64,000 nt of DNA from Mytilus trossulus (Eukaryota), in assembly GCF_036588685.1 (NCBI RefSeq), contig NC_086375.1:79050001-79114000 (forward strand), given 5' to 3'. Each line of letters starts with the position of its first letter. Within the stretch, counting starts at the first letter, position 1. Positions 39,001 through 51,877 of the stretch are shown here, piece by piece. The position numbers and the translations under genes were made by a program. A model generated the notes under the pieces. That model saw only the letters and a list, made by a program, of their open reading frames with translations, searched no databases and was not told the origin of the DNA.

Positions 39001-42000
39001 AGAATAAAAATCCTCGTCTAGCTTTACTTTTAACTCAGTAGCATACACATAGTTTCAATGTGTTATAATTGTCTTAATTTTGTATTTAATAACTTTATTG
39101 GACCCAGTCAATTGATATGGTCGCTTTTAATATACATTTATACGATTGTCATTGAGACATCTCTCCACCACAAACCACATGGCATAAAAGTAACTTATAT
39201 TTCTCTAGGTTTGCGTACCAACAACCAATGTCATGGGTGATGGTTACGACAATGACTGTGATGGACTTATCGATGAGGAAATATGCAATAACGGAGCAGG
39301 TTGGTACTTATAATTACTGAAGTAAATTAATTCCTTTTAAAACCTCTGAAAGCAACTATTCGACCTCCTTAAAAAACGAGCTCCCTTCTTTCAAAGGGTA
39401 TGCTTATACTTCAATCGCAATCCTCCTAATACAATAAAAACAAATAAATAAACCGTTTACAGTTTCGTATAAACCATATACATATTGTTTTTCACATACT
39501 TATACATGATAATAGTTCTAGATGTAATGCTTGTTTAAAACTAATAAGTTTGAAACGTTTTTTTTTTCTTACGCACTTTGGTTGATTTTTGAGAATCTTC
39601 ATTTAGCTAATGTTTGACTTTGCGTTTCTCATTTGAGCACTATGATTGATTTTTAGTCCTCTTCTGTTTTTCGAGTTTCTTCTTTGAGCACTGTTTGATG
39701 TTGAGTTGATTTTAATATTTTGCATGTGTTTACAATATATTACAGATGATGATGGCGATGGTGTTGATGACGAAGACTGTGCTAAACCATCACCAAGTAA
39801 GTTGTTTTTAAGGGATTCCGAAAGAACAATTGCTTTGGTATTGAAAAGATACTAAAAGAATGACAATCATATAAAATGGAATAAAACATGAAGCGAAATG
39901 TATTATCCACTTTTTAGTTCAATTCCTGCTCTCTTGGGTTTATATTCTTGCCTATTTTATCCCTGCTTAAAATGGTGGTTAATGCAATTTGCCATAATAA
40001 CTGTTTATAATAGTATGACATATTCTAAAAACTACTTTCTTTTGCGATATCACCAACTCTGTAATGAAGAATAACTATTAGAAGAATTCAAATAAAGAAA
40101 AATATTCAACGAGTGACCGAACAACACATTAATTCACAAATGCGCATAGCGCATGAGTTTATAATCAGTGTTGTTCGGTCACGAGTTGAATATTTTATCG
40201 AAAAAATCAAAACGATCAAGAAAAAATGCTAATATTACAATGCTCATTTTATGAAATATTACGCTCTAACGCGGCCTTCAAAAATCAACATGTTTTTTTC
40301 TGGTATTCTCTGTATTATCTTATCTGCTGAATTGGTAAAAGGCACAGTTTGCCTGCGCTAAATTGTTTTGATATATTTCAGTTGATGGGAACTGGGCAGC
40401 GTGGAGTGCTTATGACGCATGCTCAGTTACATGTAACCCTATTGGAACAAATACTAATGGATTACAAGCAAGAACAAGGAACTGTTCTGATCCAGAACCT
40501 GAGTGGGGAGGATTACAGTGTGTGGGTTCTGACACTGAATCACAGTCGTGCGTTTCTTCTATAACTTGTCCAAGTAAGTCAGTGATTTATCTTCTTGACA
40601 TTGAAAGGTACACATCCCAACACAATATAACTCTGTCCAATATGTTGCATTTCAACTGTTTTATTGCAAATAAAAACAAGCTAGTAAATTATTTGATATA
40701 AGTAACTCTCGTTTCAATCAACGCTTACAAAATTATGAAAAATTATATGTACTGAGCTGTGATAGTGTTCTATGAGAGACATATACTAGTATATATCTCT
40801 GTTTTTTTTAATATTAACCTTTAAACATATTATTTTCAATAGTTGATGGTATCTGGTCTGACTGGAGTATATGGGGAGCTTGTTCTGTTACCTGCGAAAG
40901 TGGTGTTGAAATGCGTAACAGAACTTGTAATAATCCAGCCCCTCAGTATGGTGGTCAAGACTGTCAAGGTTCAGACTCAGATTCTCAGACGTGTACACTG
41001 TCCATGTGTCCAAGTAAGTATGATCATTAAATTATCTAGCAGTACAAAATATAGGACTAAGAATTGGCTGTTGAATTCATTTTTGTCACTAAAAAAAACC
41101 CGAAATATTACTATATGCAATATGCGTTAATTCATGGTGTTTTTAAGCGTGTCAAAATATAGTTTTTTGATTTATTATATTTCAAATTTTGCAGTCGATG
41201 GTAATTACACTGATTGGAGTTCATGGAGCGTTTGTACGGTTTCATGTGGTGGAGGCACACAAGATAGAACCAGAAGTTGTACCAACCCGGTTCAACAATA
41301 CGGCGGTAACGATTGTTCTCAGATTGGCAGTGATTATGAACAAGAAGCCTGTAATACACAAGTTTGTATAAGTAAGTCTCCTGCATAGATACTGTCATAT
41401 TGACATTAACCAACCGATAGATAATTTTTAATGAGATAAATAGTTTTTAGTTTTAATTCAGCCGTTTGTTGTTTTTTTTTATTACGATATCTTAGTTTCA
41501 TAGAAGGGATAGATGTTCACGGATGTCATTTATGCAATGATAAACGATCACTTTGTAATGATTTAACCATGAAATATTAGAATAGTAAATTAATGTTAAA
41601 GTGTATTTGTAGTATACTAGTCAACAAAAGAAACGATACAAGACTTTTTTTTAAATTAAAGATAAAGTTTTCCGTTCATTGAACCCATATTGAAGGTAGT
41701 AATACTTTATCAATATGCAATTATAAATCCGTTTGAAAAAAAATTTAGTTTTGCTTTCGTGGCGTTTTTTGCGATTTTTTTTTTTTTACAAAATTTACTT
41801 AAAACGACAATTTTAAAAACAGAAGTTCTAATTAATGGTGCCAACCTCTCATTTAAAGGTAAAAACAATGTTTGCCATCATTTTTTTTTTGAAAATCATA
41901 CAGTTTCTTCGTTTATTTGTTAAGCAAAGTTCGGCCCCACGAGAAATCGTTAAAATGTATACATTATCAACTGATTTACCATAGACAGTATGTGTAAGGT

Positions 42001-44720
42001 GATATTCAAAAAGCGGTAACACTCTTAAAACTAATCCAAAAGGTTCTAAATTTACTGTGTGTTCTTTTCATATCTAAAGCGTTGATTAGAAACGAAAATA
42101 AAAAAAATATTTTTTTTTGCATTTTTTGAGATTTCAAAAAAACACTTTTTTCCCCAAAAATTAGAAAAAAACAATATTTCAACCCATTAATAACAACATG
42201 ACCATAACTTGATTAGCATATTGAATATTTTTAAACAAATTTTAAATTTTATTAAGTACTTAGATAATTATGTGTCGATTTTTTATTCAACTTTCCGCAA
42301 ACCTAATTTACACCCGATGACCGTTTACACAGAATTTAGATACTTTCCGACAAGTTTTGATTTTCATTATCACATGTACATACATTGCAAATAAAAGCTT
42401 TTTAAAATATTGTATCTCATTTTGTTTTATATTTAATACTTTTTGATAAATTTTATTACAAAGTCGTGTATCGTTTCTTTTGTTGACTAGTATATTAAGA
42501 ACTTAGAAAAGTAAAGTAATAAAAATTACCCTTTTTATCAGTTTTGTAAATCGATTACCCTTTGTTAATTTTACTAGTTGATGGAGCCTGGTCACAGTGG
42601 GGTAACTTTGGTCAGTGTTCAGTGACTTGTGGAGGTGGACAATATACAAGATCCAGAACTTGTTCTGATCCTTATCCACAAAATGGTGGATTGTCATGTT
42701 CAGGAGATTCAAGCGAGTTTACTGATTGCAATACACAGGCATGTCCAACGGCATCATCTGGAACATATGTACAGGTATAAATTGAAACTTGTCAAATTGG
42801 TCTAAAAAATGAAGAACTCAAGTTGATGCTGTTTCAAACGTTCAAGTCTTTAAAGGCACACTGTTGTGAATATAATTTTGGTGATCCGACTTAGTTCAAT
42901 GTGATTTTGATATTAATTGATTTTAAATAAAATCTGATCGAATTAATTTTTTGACATTATTTAAAAGTTACCTCTTGGAATCTTATGTTTCGACAGTGCA
43001 TATCAATGTTGACTTTCTGTTAAAATTGCCATGGAAAAAAATCAATGAAAGTTCGTTTATATATCGTATCCTCTTAAGTTTCAAGTTTCTCCCTTTAATA
43101 AAATCAAAACCAATATAAAAATATTAAATATAAAATTTACAATGCATTGTTCATGACACATATACGAATGGGTTTCTGGTGGATGACCCATGGATTCAGT
43201 ATGGTTATATACATAACTCCGTTGTTTATCAAAAATCGGTAACGGTTTGAATATCATAATGTAACTAATAAATATTTTTACCGGATTAAAGCTATTTTTT
43301 GTAATTTGAATAATTGTATCTAGCATGACTTTTTTCTTTCTTAAAAGTTGTGTCCTTCTGGTTGGTTTACCTGTGCTACTGGTTCCTCTAACTGTATCGA
43401 GGATGGTTTTAAATGTGATTGCATGGATGACTGTGGTGACGCAAGTGATGAAACTGAAAACTACGCTGGGTGTTCTCCTCAGCAACTCGCCGTCTGTACG
43501 GCTAAAAGTTCATCTACACGAAGTAAGTATCCATCTGACTGAGGATTACACCAGCACCTCGCCGTCTGTAGGGCTAAAAGTTCTTCTACCCGCCGTAAGT
43601 ATCCATCTGACTGAGGATTACACTGGATGTTCTCCTCAGCACCTCGCCGTCTGTACGGCTAAAAGTTCTTCTACCCGCCGTAAGTACCATCTGACTGAGG
43701 ATTACACTGGATGTTCTCCTCGGCACCTCGCCGTCTGTACGGCCTAAAGTTCTTCTACCCGCCGTAAGTATCCATCTGACTGAGGATTACACTGGATGTT
43801 CTCCTCGGCACCTCGCCGTCTGTACGGCCTAAATTTCTTCTACCCGCCGTAAGTATCCATCTGACTGAGGATTACACTGGATGTTCTCCTCAGCCCCTCG
43901 CCGTTACTATGTTTGGCTCAAAATGCTTTTATACTTATTAAGTATCTATCTGACTGAGAATTAGAGCACCTCGCCTTTTGTGCTTCCGCACATCGGAATT
44001 ATCTATATTATATGACTGGAAAATATAAGCGAAAAGCACCAAAAAAACATATAAACTCATTTATAAACGCCATGACAAATTAAACGAAAAACCGAAAGAC
44101 ACATACCATTACACAAAATACAACATAGAAAACCAAAGACTGTCTGAACAACACAAACCCCACAAAGAATAAGGGGTGATTACAAGTGCTCCGGAAGGTA
44201 AGCAGAACCTACTCCACACGAGGCACCCGTAATGTTACTCAGTTTTAACGGCAAATACCTAGCTGGAGCCTGGTATTGCGGTGAGCGATTCGTGCTCTTA
44301 TAGGAGTCTCTAGTTTGGGATACCAAATTGTGATATAAAACACAAGGACAAACATTTTTTTCTTCTAATTCATAGATTGTTCTACATATCACATAATTCA
44401 ATGTATTTTGTTATTGTTTTTGTAACATGTCATTATGTCGCAACGTTTAAATTATCCGCTTGTTTCGAGTTAATTTATATGTAGAGTTCACGATCGCTTT
44501 AGAATTACAGTCAACTCACTATGTGTAAGGCAATATTTAGCCAAGAATATGAGATAGGATGTTTCATTGTTTTAGATATATGCCTGGTTTTTTTTATTTA
44601 AGTAAAATAATAAAAAGTGATTTCCATAATTGTCTTATATTTATTTATTTTTTAGTCATAGCTTCACTCGTCAGCTTTCTAGTAGCCACGCTCGCATGTG
44701 TTATGAAAAACTATCATTAG
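36027..44720 (+). CDS. Secreted/GPI-anchored mosaic protein: signal peptide, IgGFc-binding N-terminal domain, 2 acidic DxDxDG (MopE-like) motifs, 4 TSP1, LDLa, hydrophobic tail; 819 aa
   Basis: Exons 36027-36036, 36297-36356, 37179-38449, 39209-39299, 39746-39796, 40382-40573, 40843-41013, 41195-41371, 42578-42774, 43348-43522, 44656-44720 (2460 nt, all phases consistent). Motifs: DNEGTEF..DHLVEQL..DPMMMIIPPVEQF..YETYGF (FCGBP-N); WxxW..CSVTC..RTRxC (TSP1); CDCMDDCGDASDE (LDLa). Confidence 0.9.
40095..40197. repeat. Short palindromic element in an intron
   Basis: aaaatattcaacgagtgaccgaacaacac...gtgttgttcggtcacgagttgaatatttt. Confidence 0.6.
41615..42492. mobile_element. Tc1/mariner-type MITE, about 880 bp
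   Basis: TIR TACTAGTCAACAAAAGAAACGATACA / TGTATCGTTTCTTTTGTTGACTAGTA flanked by TA on both sides. Confidence 0.85.
43453..43975 (+). repeat. 84-85-bp tandem repeat built from the LDLa exon end plus its splice donor
   Basis: GTAAGT at 43523, 43595, 43680, 43764, 43849; each unit copies tgttctcctcagca.ctcgccgtctgtacggctaaaagttc. Confidence 0.92.
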
Positions 44721-45100
44721 TGATCCACAACTTCACCAGCACACTACAACGAGTGATCCACAACTTCACCAGAACACTACAACGAGTGATCCACAACTTC
44801 ACCAGCACACTACAACGAGTGATCCACAACTTCACCAGCACACTACAACTAGTGATCCACAACTTCACCAGCGCACTACAACGAGTGATCCACAACTTCA
44901 CCAGCACACTACAACGAGTGATCCACAACTTCACCAGCACACTACAACGAGTGATCCACAACTTCACCAGAACACTACAACGAGTGTTCAACAACTTCTC
45001 CAGCACACTACAACGAGTGATCCACAACTTCACCAGCACACTACAACGAGAGATTCACAACTTCACCAGCACACTTCAACTAGTGATCCACAACTTCACT
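44719..45100 (+). repeat. 33-bp minisatellite (about 11 units) beginning at the stop codon, in the 3' UTR
   Basis: Unit agtgatccacaacttcaccagcacactacaacg. Confidence 0.95.
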
Positions 45101-46122
45101 CGTCAGCTTTATAGTGGACACCCTCACATATATGTTATTTATGAAAAGACAACATCGTTAATCCACAGTTTCACTCGTTAGCTTTCTAGTAGCAATCATC
45201 ATCATTCTAGTGTAACAATTAAAAATCACCATTAGTGACCGACAGTTTCACTCATCGGCTTCCTTGCAGCTACCATCATGTGTGTATGACAAATTATATA
45301 TAAACGTATCAACAAAATACGTAAATATTATTTTTGATTTTTTTCTTTCATTCACTCTTTTAAATCATTTCGTTTTGATATTATTTTTTTCTATACACAA
45401 ATAAATTTTTTAATGAGAAATAAAATGATGAAATAGTTTGTGAGTTCTAAAGATTAATTGCTTTTCTTTTGCGATTGTTGCATAGGAACTTGACTCAACA
45501 AAAAATCCATTACACATTACGGTATTTTAAAGATTATTTTTTTTTACAAATGCCTTTGGAGTCTTGTCTGCCATTCAAATGATTACGGTTCTTTATGAAG
45601 GAACATTTTATGTACAGCAATAATATGCATTTGTTGATTATCAATTGTGTGAATATTGGTGTGCATGAGATACATCCAATGTTCTAGCTGTGTTCAACAT
45701 AGAAAAATAGGAATCCATATGTGCATGCCCATTAATGGCAATGCAGTATAGCGGCTCTTGTGGCGCTCCTTTGATCGCCAATTTAGTTTAATTATCATTT
45801 TTTTACCATAATATTATTTTTTAGTACAAAATTGTCAAAAATTACGCCCCCAATTCAAAATACTGTGTGTGTCCGCTTCAATAAATTGACGGGGCTATTT
45901 AAAAAAAAAACGACAAGCAATGTACACTTCTCACTAAGGTTTCAATTAATTGTTTGCTTGGAAACAAACATCAACCAAAAGGAAAACCTCAGTAATAGTC
46001 AACATAGTTTTTGAATTGTTCGATAAAAATCAACTATAGAATCGCCTATTGTTGCTAACATCAACATTATTTTGTTAATAGTTTTCAGATTGGAAATCAG
46101 ATCGCATCTCTTTATGTTTATA

Positions 46123-46865
46123 CTAGAACACACCCGTGATCTCACGGGTCCGTGACTGAATTAAAGTATATAACTATGCGCAAGCCTTATTTTAGTATTA
46201 GTATTGTCATCTGATAAAGTCATGCCGATTATAAGATACACAGTTTTCTCTGTTTTCAAATCTTTCTGTTTGAACCCGTCGAACTGAAACCTATCAATTA
46301 TTGGTAATATTTATTATTTGGAAAACAATAGGTCCTGGCATGGAGTCAACAGCATTGTCCTATATTAGTTATAAATAAAGTTGAATTCTTGTTTCGCTGT
46401 TTTACGTCATGCCCACTAACAAATTGAAAACTGTACCTATACGCCTTATTTTTAGTCCAGATTTTTAGTATTCGTATTGTTATCTTAAAAAGTCTTACTG
46501 ATTAAAATACTACAATAGGTAACAATTTGACAATTTAGTAGTGTCAACCTTGTGATTATGACCCGTGTATATAGCATATTAATCCTGAATACACCGTTTG
46601 GTGGTGCGCCTGTCAGATGCGGAACGTACAGATAAGGTAATAGGTAACAGGTGAATATACTATTGGTATCGGTATCGGACTCGAACCGGAACTTCTTAAT
46701 TATTGGCAATATTAATTACGTGGAAAACAAAAGGGCCTGGAGTGGTGTAATTTTTAATCTACACCTTTGTACTATATTAGTTATATATAAAGTTGAATTC
46801 TGTGATTCGTCGTTTTTACGTGATGACGGCTGACAAATTGGACCTCGTAATTTTAGTATTATAGA
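46123..46865 (-). mobile_element. Non-autonomous Helitron, 743 bp
   Basis: Minus strand: A|TCTATAATACT... start; subterminal hairpin CCCGTGAGATCACGGG followed by ...TTCTAG|T end; A-T target site; internal duplications. Confidence 0.85.
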
Positions 46866-47644
46866 TATTCTGAATTTTAAGTGGTCAACATTTCTAATTT
46901 ATTGGAGAATGCGGCGACAGAATATGCTTTCGGAATGATAAAATTAAAAAAAAAGCAACGGACAAATATACAAGGGGAGCCGATTGTGCATATATAAGGA
47001 TTTGAAATGTGTCAATTAAGCCGGTTTTATACTATTTATCACTACGCTGTCGTGTAATGGTGGTCATTTAGAATAACGGTTCAAAGTTAGAGGTTGAATG
47101 CGATAAACAAAAAATAACTGTTAATCAAAGATTCTTTATTTGAAAACAAGAAATTTCACTTCTGTAATTGAAGCCTTCCTCTTACAAAAGTTGTTTCTTT
47201 TAACAAAAAAAAATACTTATTTTTACATACTAGTTGCGTATACAACTAGCGTATTTCAATGTAGAGTACAGTCAATAAAAAATAAAAGCAACAAAAAACT
47301 AAGTGGTCTGTCATGATTCAAAAATTTCGTCGATGGTGATAATTGGGTTCTGGTTTAGTGGTAGCCTTATTGTTGCCCTTACTTAGACTCGAGGCGATTA
47401 AGAGTTCCGTATGAACAATTATAGTTATACTGTTGAAGACCGTTGTACACCTCTAGATTGTCATATTCTCCACAGCGGGGAAATGAACTGAAACGAAATT
47501 AGAGATGAAACTGAACAGATCAAAAGATATGTGAAAAGGAAATAGCCTCATTTTTTCAAACGGTATAGAAGCATTTCACTAAAGATCACATACAGGAATA
47601 AACGACCAAAATTTGCCTACTGATGAGCAGCATTTTCAACTATT

Positions 47645-50522
47645 TTTTGTCGAGCCTGCGACGGACTTGTGTCGTAGAGAGCTCGACATAGGGTTAGTGA
47701 TCCGGCGGCGGCGTTAACAAACTTCTTAAAAGTTTTATATTTTAGAAGGTGTAAGAAAAGAGGGACAAAAGATACCAAAGGGACTGTCAAACTCATAAAT
47801 CGAAAATAAACTGACAACGCCATGGCTAAAAATGAAAAAGACAAACAGACAAACAATAGTACACATGACACAACATAAAAAGCTAAAGAATAAACAAAAC
47901 GAACCCCAAGTCCTGGATGTTTCATACTTTGTAAATAGATGCCTTATATTACGAAGTTTCTGTGTGTCACATGTTCATTGTCCTTGACCCCATTTACATG
48001 GTTCAGTGACTAATTGAAAAAAAGTTAAGTTTTTTTTGTATTGTAATTTCCCTCCATTTATGAGTAATAGGATAACTATCTTTAGTATTGCGGACCTTGC
48101 AAGGTCTTCATGTCCGTCAGACAGTTTTCTCCAGACCTTGACTTCATTCATTTTAGTGAACAAGGTTTATTTTTTGTGCAGGTCAAGTCAAATTAATATT
48201 ATAAGCAATATGTCTAGTATATTTTGTGTATGGTGTACATGTCCAACTGACAGGTGTCGTCTGACCTTGACCTCATTTTCATGGTTAAGTGGTTATACAT
48301 GTTTGTTTTTGCCAGTTTTGGTCAATTTTTAGCTCACCTGGCCCGAAGGGCCAAGCGAGCTTTTCTCATCACTTGGCGTCCGGCGTCCGGCGTCGTCCGT
48401 CGTCCGTCGTCGTTAACTTTTACAAAAATCTTCTCCTCTGAAACTGTTGGGCCAAATTAAGCCAAACTTGGCCATAATCATCATTGGGGTATCTAGTTTG
48501 TAAATTGTGTGGCGTGACCCCGCCAACCAACCAAGATGGCCGCCACGGCTGAAAATAGAACGTAGGGGTAAAATGCAGTTTTTGGCTTATAACTCAAAAA
48601 GCAAAGCATTTAGAGCAAATCTGACAGGGGAAAATTGTTTATCAGGTCAAGATCTATCTGCCCTGAAATTTTCAGATGAATCAGACAACCCGTTGTTGGG
48701 TTGCTGTCCCTAAATTGGTAATTTTAAGGAAATTTTGCTGTTTTTGGTTATTATCTTGAATATTATTATAGATAGAGATAAACTGTAAACAGCAATAATG
48801 TTCAGCAAAGTAAGATCTACAAATAAGTGAACATGACCGAAATGGTCAGTTGTCCCCTTTAGGAGTTATTGCCCTTTATGGTCAATTTTTAACCATTTTT
48901 CGTAAATCTTAGTAATCTTTTACAAAAATCTTTTCTCTAAAACAACTGGGCCAAATTAAAACAAACTTGGCCACAACTATCATTGGGGTATTTAGTTTAA
49001 AAGATGTGTGGCGTGACCTGGCCAACCAACCAAGATGGTCACCACAGCTAAAAATAGAACATAGGGGTAAAATGCAGTTTTTGGCTTATTACTCAAAAAC
49101 CAAAGCATTTAGAGCAAATCTGACAGGGGAAAATTGTTTATCAGGTCAAGATATATTTGCCCTGAAATTTTCAGATGAATCAGACAATCCGTTGTTGGGT
49201 TGCTGCCCCTGAATTGGCAATTTCAAGGAAATTTTGCTGTTTTTGGTTATTATCTTGAATATTATTATAGAAAGAGATAAACTGTAAACAGCAATAATGT
49301 TCAGCAAAGTAAGATCTACAAATAAGTGAGCATGACCGAAATGGTCAGTTGACCCCTTTAGGAGTTATTGCCCTTTATAGTCAATTTTTAACAATTTTTT
49401 GTAAATCTTAGTTATCTTTTACAAAAATCTTCTCTGAAACTACTGGGCCAAGTTAATTATAGATAGAGATAATTGTAAGCAGCTAGAATGTTCAGTAAAG
49501 TAAGATGAACAAATTGTAAGCAGCTAGAATGTTCAGTAAAGTAAGATGAACAAACACATCACCATCACCAAAACACAATTTTGCCATGAATCCATCTGCG
49601 TCCTTTGTTTAATATTCACAAAACCAAGGTGAGCGACACAGGCTCTTTAGAGCCTCTAGTTCTTATACTAAGTGTATGAGATATGTCTACTGTATTTGGT
49701 GTAAGGAATGATTGTATGATGTGCATGTACAACTGGCAGGTGTTATTTTACCTTGACCTCATTTTCATGGTTCAGTGGTTATATACTATAAGAAAAATGT
49801 CAACTATATTTGGTATATGGGACAATTTTATAATGTACATGTCGGTCTCGCCGGTTTTATTTGACTTTGGCCTCATTTTCACAGTTCATTTGCTAAGTAT
49901 TATTTTTTTTATTAGTTTTTCTGCTATAAGTAATAGGTCAACTATTTTTGTAGCATGGAAGGATTGTAAGCTGTATATGTCTTTCATGGTAAAGTGTGTT
50001 TCTTAGATACTATAAGCAATAGGTCAACTATGATGAATGCATAGATTAATTGTAACGTGTGTATGTCTGACTGGCATAGATCATCTGACCATCACCTCAT
50101 TTTGGTGGTTCATTGTTCGATGTTACATTTTCATGGTTAAGTTTGTTTCTTAGATACTATAAGTAACATGTCAACTATGTTAAATGCATAGATTAATTGT
50201 AAGGTGTATATGTCTGCCTGGTATGGTTCATCTGACCTTGACCTCATTTTGTAGGTTCATTGGTCAATGTTTAGTTTTCTTGGTTAAGTCTGTTTCTTAG
50301 AAACTACAAGCAATTGCATGTCAACTATATTTAGTGTTTTAAATGATTGTCAGGTGTACATGTATTTCTCGTTTGGTGTATCTGATCTTAGCCTCATTTT
50401 CGTGGATCATGTTAAGATAGTTTTAGTAAAGCTTTAATTCATATTTAAGGTTATGAACATAATATTTATGGTTAGTAAAGAAGGCCGTGGAGACATTCCA
50501 GCGTGTGTATTTTGCATTCTTG
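47645..50522 (+). mobile_element. Outer HINE-type element with degenerate repeats of about 120 bp, interrupted by nested insertions
   Basis: 5' ttttgtcgagcc..gctcgaca plus a (ggc)n tract; repeated ctgaccttgacctcattttcatggttca; 3' ggagacattccagcgtgtg..cttg. Contains a retroelement 3' fragment (47757-47905) and the inner HINE. Confidence 0.55.
48327..49661 (+). mobile_element. Helentron-associated HINE, nested, with about 2.3 central repeats of about 500 bp
   Basis: 5' TTTTAGCTCACCTGGCCCgaaGGGCCA, (cgtc)n microsatellite, tandem core, 3' AGGTGAGCG plus hairpin AGGCTCtttaGAGCCT then CTAGTT. Confidence 0.85.
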
Positions 50523-51757
50523 TTATAATTTGTTCTTGTATTGTACTGTTACATTCAGTTTGTCCAAGGTTCGGGAGTGGCGCCTTCAAACTATAGTTAA
50601 ACCCTGCCATATTATCAGTCAGAAGGACTATATTCCTGTTCGACCAAGACCATATTTGCTCCGTGTCTTTTTTCGTCCTATGTTGAAACATTACGCTCTC
50701 ATTTTCTTAAAGAGCGGTCAAATAAAAGTCTCTCTAGTCTGATCATGCTGGTGGTATACTATCTATAAAGTTTATGGGACTATGTTTATGCAGAGACATA
50801 TAATACATATCGGTATTATATGTCTCTGATTTATGCTATGTGATGCCGCTGTACTATATTGAATGCAATATTAATTTTACTTGATCGTGACATATAAAAT
50901 CAAAATCAAATATATTTTATTGTCAATTAAAGGCATTAAAGACGCCCATTACAGGCAGAATAATCACAAGTTCAACTCGGTACAAATAATTACAGAATGA
51001 TTACAATTGTTTGAATACAATTAAATTAATGATTACAACAAAGAGAAAAGAAAGACAAACTAATTAGATATAGGAAGATGTGGTGTGAGTGCCAATGAGA
51101 CAACTCTCCATCCAAATAACAATTTAAAAATTAAACCAATGTATATTTATAAAATGTATCATGTTTCAACTTTGACAAATACAGTGATCATAAAAAATAT
51201 AGGAAACTGAATTTGAATATTCTGGTTTCTGGTTTTTCCTCTTGTGCTTTTATGATCCTTCAATAAGAAGCTTTACAAATATCTGATTTATCTGTCTTTT
51301 TACCGCAGTAAAATATAAGATGTACTGCTATTAGAATAAATTGAGAATATATATACGTTTTTTTTAACTTAGTATTTGAAAGGATTTGTATAGTTAGATC
51401 TTACGTTACAAATCCTTGGTTAAATCTCTAACTAAACAACTCCTTGGTATATGTGGGTAGAGTTCTTTCCTGTGCTTTACATTTATTGATCAAACTTCGG
51501 TATACTAGATATATCATCACCACTCTTCAACGTAAAGTTAAGAAATTACAACAGACTGGAGAGGGAATTTCGAAAGTTGTTTGTGAGCCGTTTATTAGTT
51601 GAACACTCCGGTTGAACAGTTTGTATGATTTCTTGTATGTTTTAATTAATGTCATTTTATGGTATACAATAATTGGATCGAATAATTAATTGCTGTGAAA
51701 AGGATATAGCTGTGTTCCGGGAGCCCTGAGGAGGACACTTTTTTTATACAAGTTGGC

Positions 51758-51877
51758 CACAGGCACTTGTTTCTGTCAATATGGGGTTTACTATCAATAC
51801 CAGTATAAAAAAAACACGTGTTTTTTTTATACTGGTATTGATAGTAAACCCCATATTGACAGAAACAAGTGCCTGTG
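51758..51877. mobile_element. Perfect 120-bp spacerless palindrome; MITE with 8-bp TSD (P- or hAT-superfamily-like)
   Basis: CACAGGCACTTGTTTC...CAC|GTG...GAAACAAGTGCCTGTG; TSD AAGTTGGC at 51750-51757 and 51878-51885. Confidence 0.9.

Noticed and set aside
44630-45181. 183-aa ORF with VIHNFTSTLQR repeats (and its antisense ORF)
   Set aside because: The phase-1 splice from the LDLa exon selects a different frame that stops at 44720; open frames are expected from a 33-bp unit.
45486-45623. Alternative last exon of the IgGFc/TSP1 gene
   Set aside because: Candidate acceptors give an immediate stop or a non-informative peptide; 44656-44720 has a better acceptor and a hydrophobic tail.
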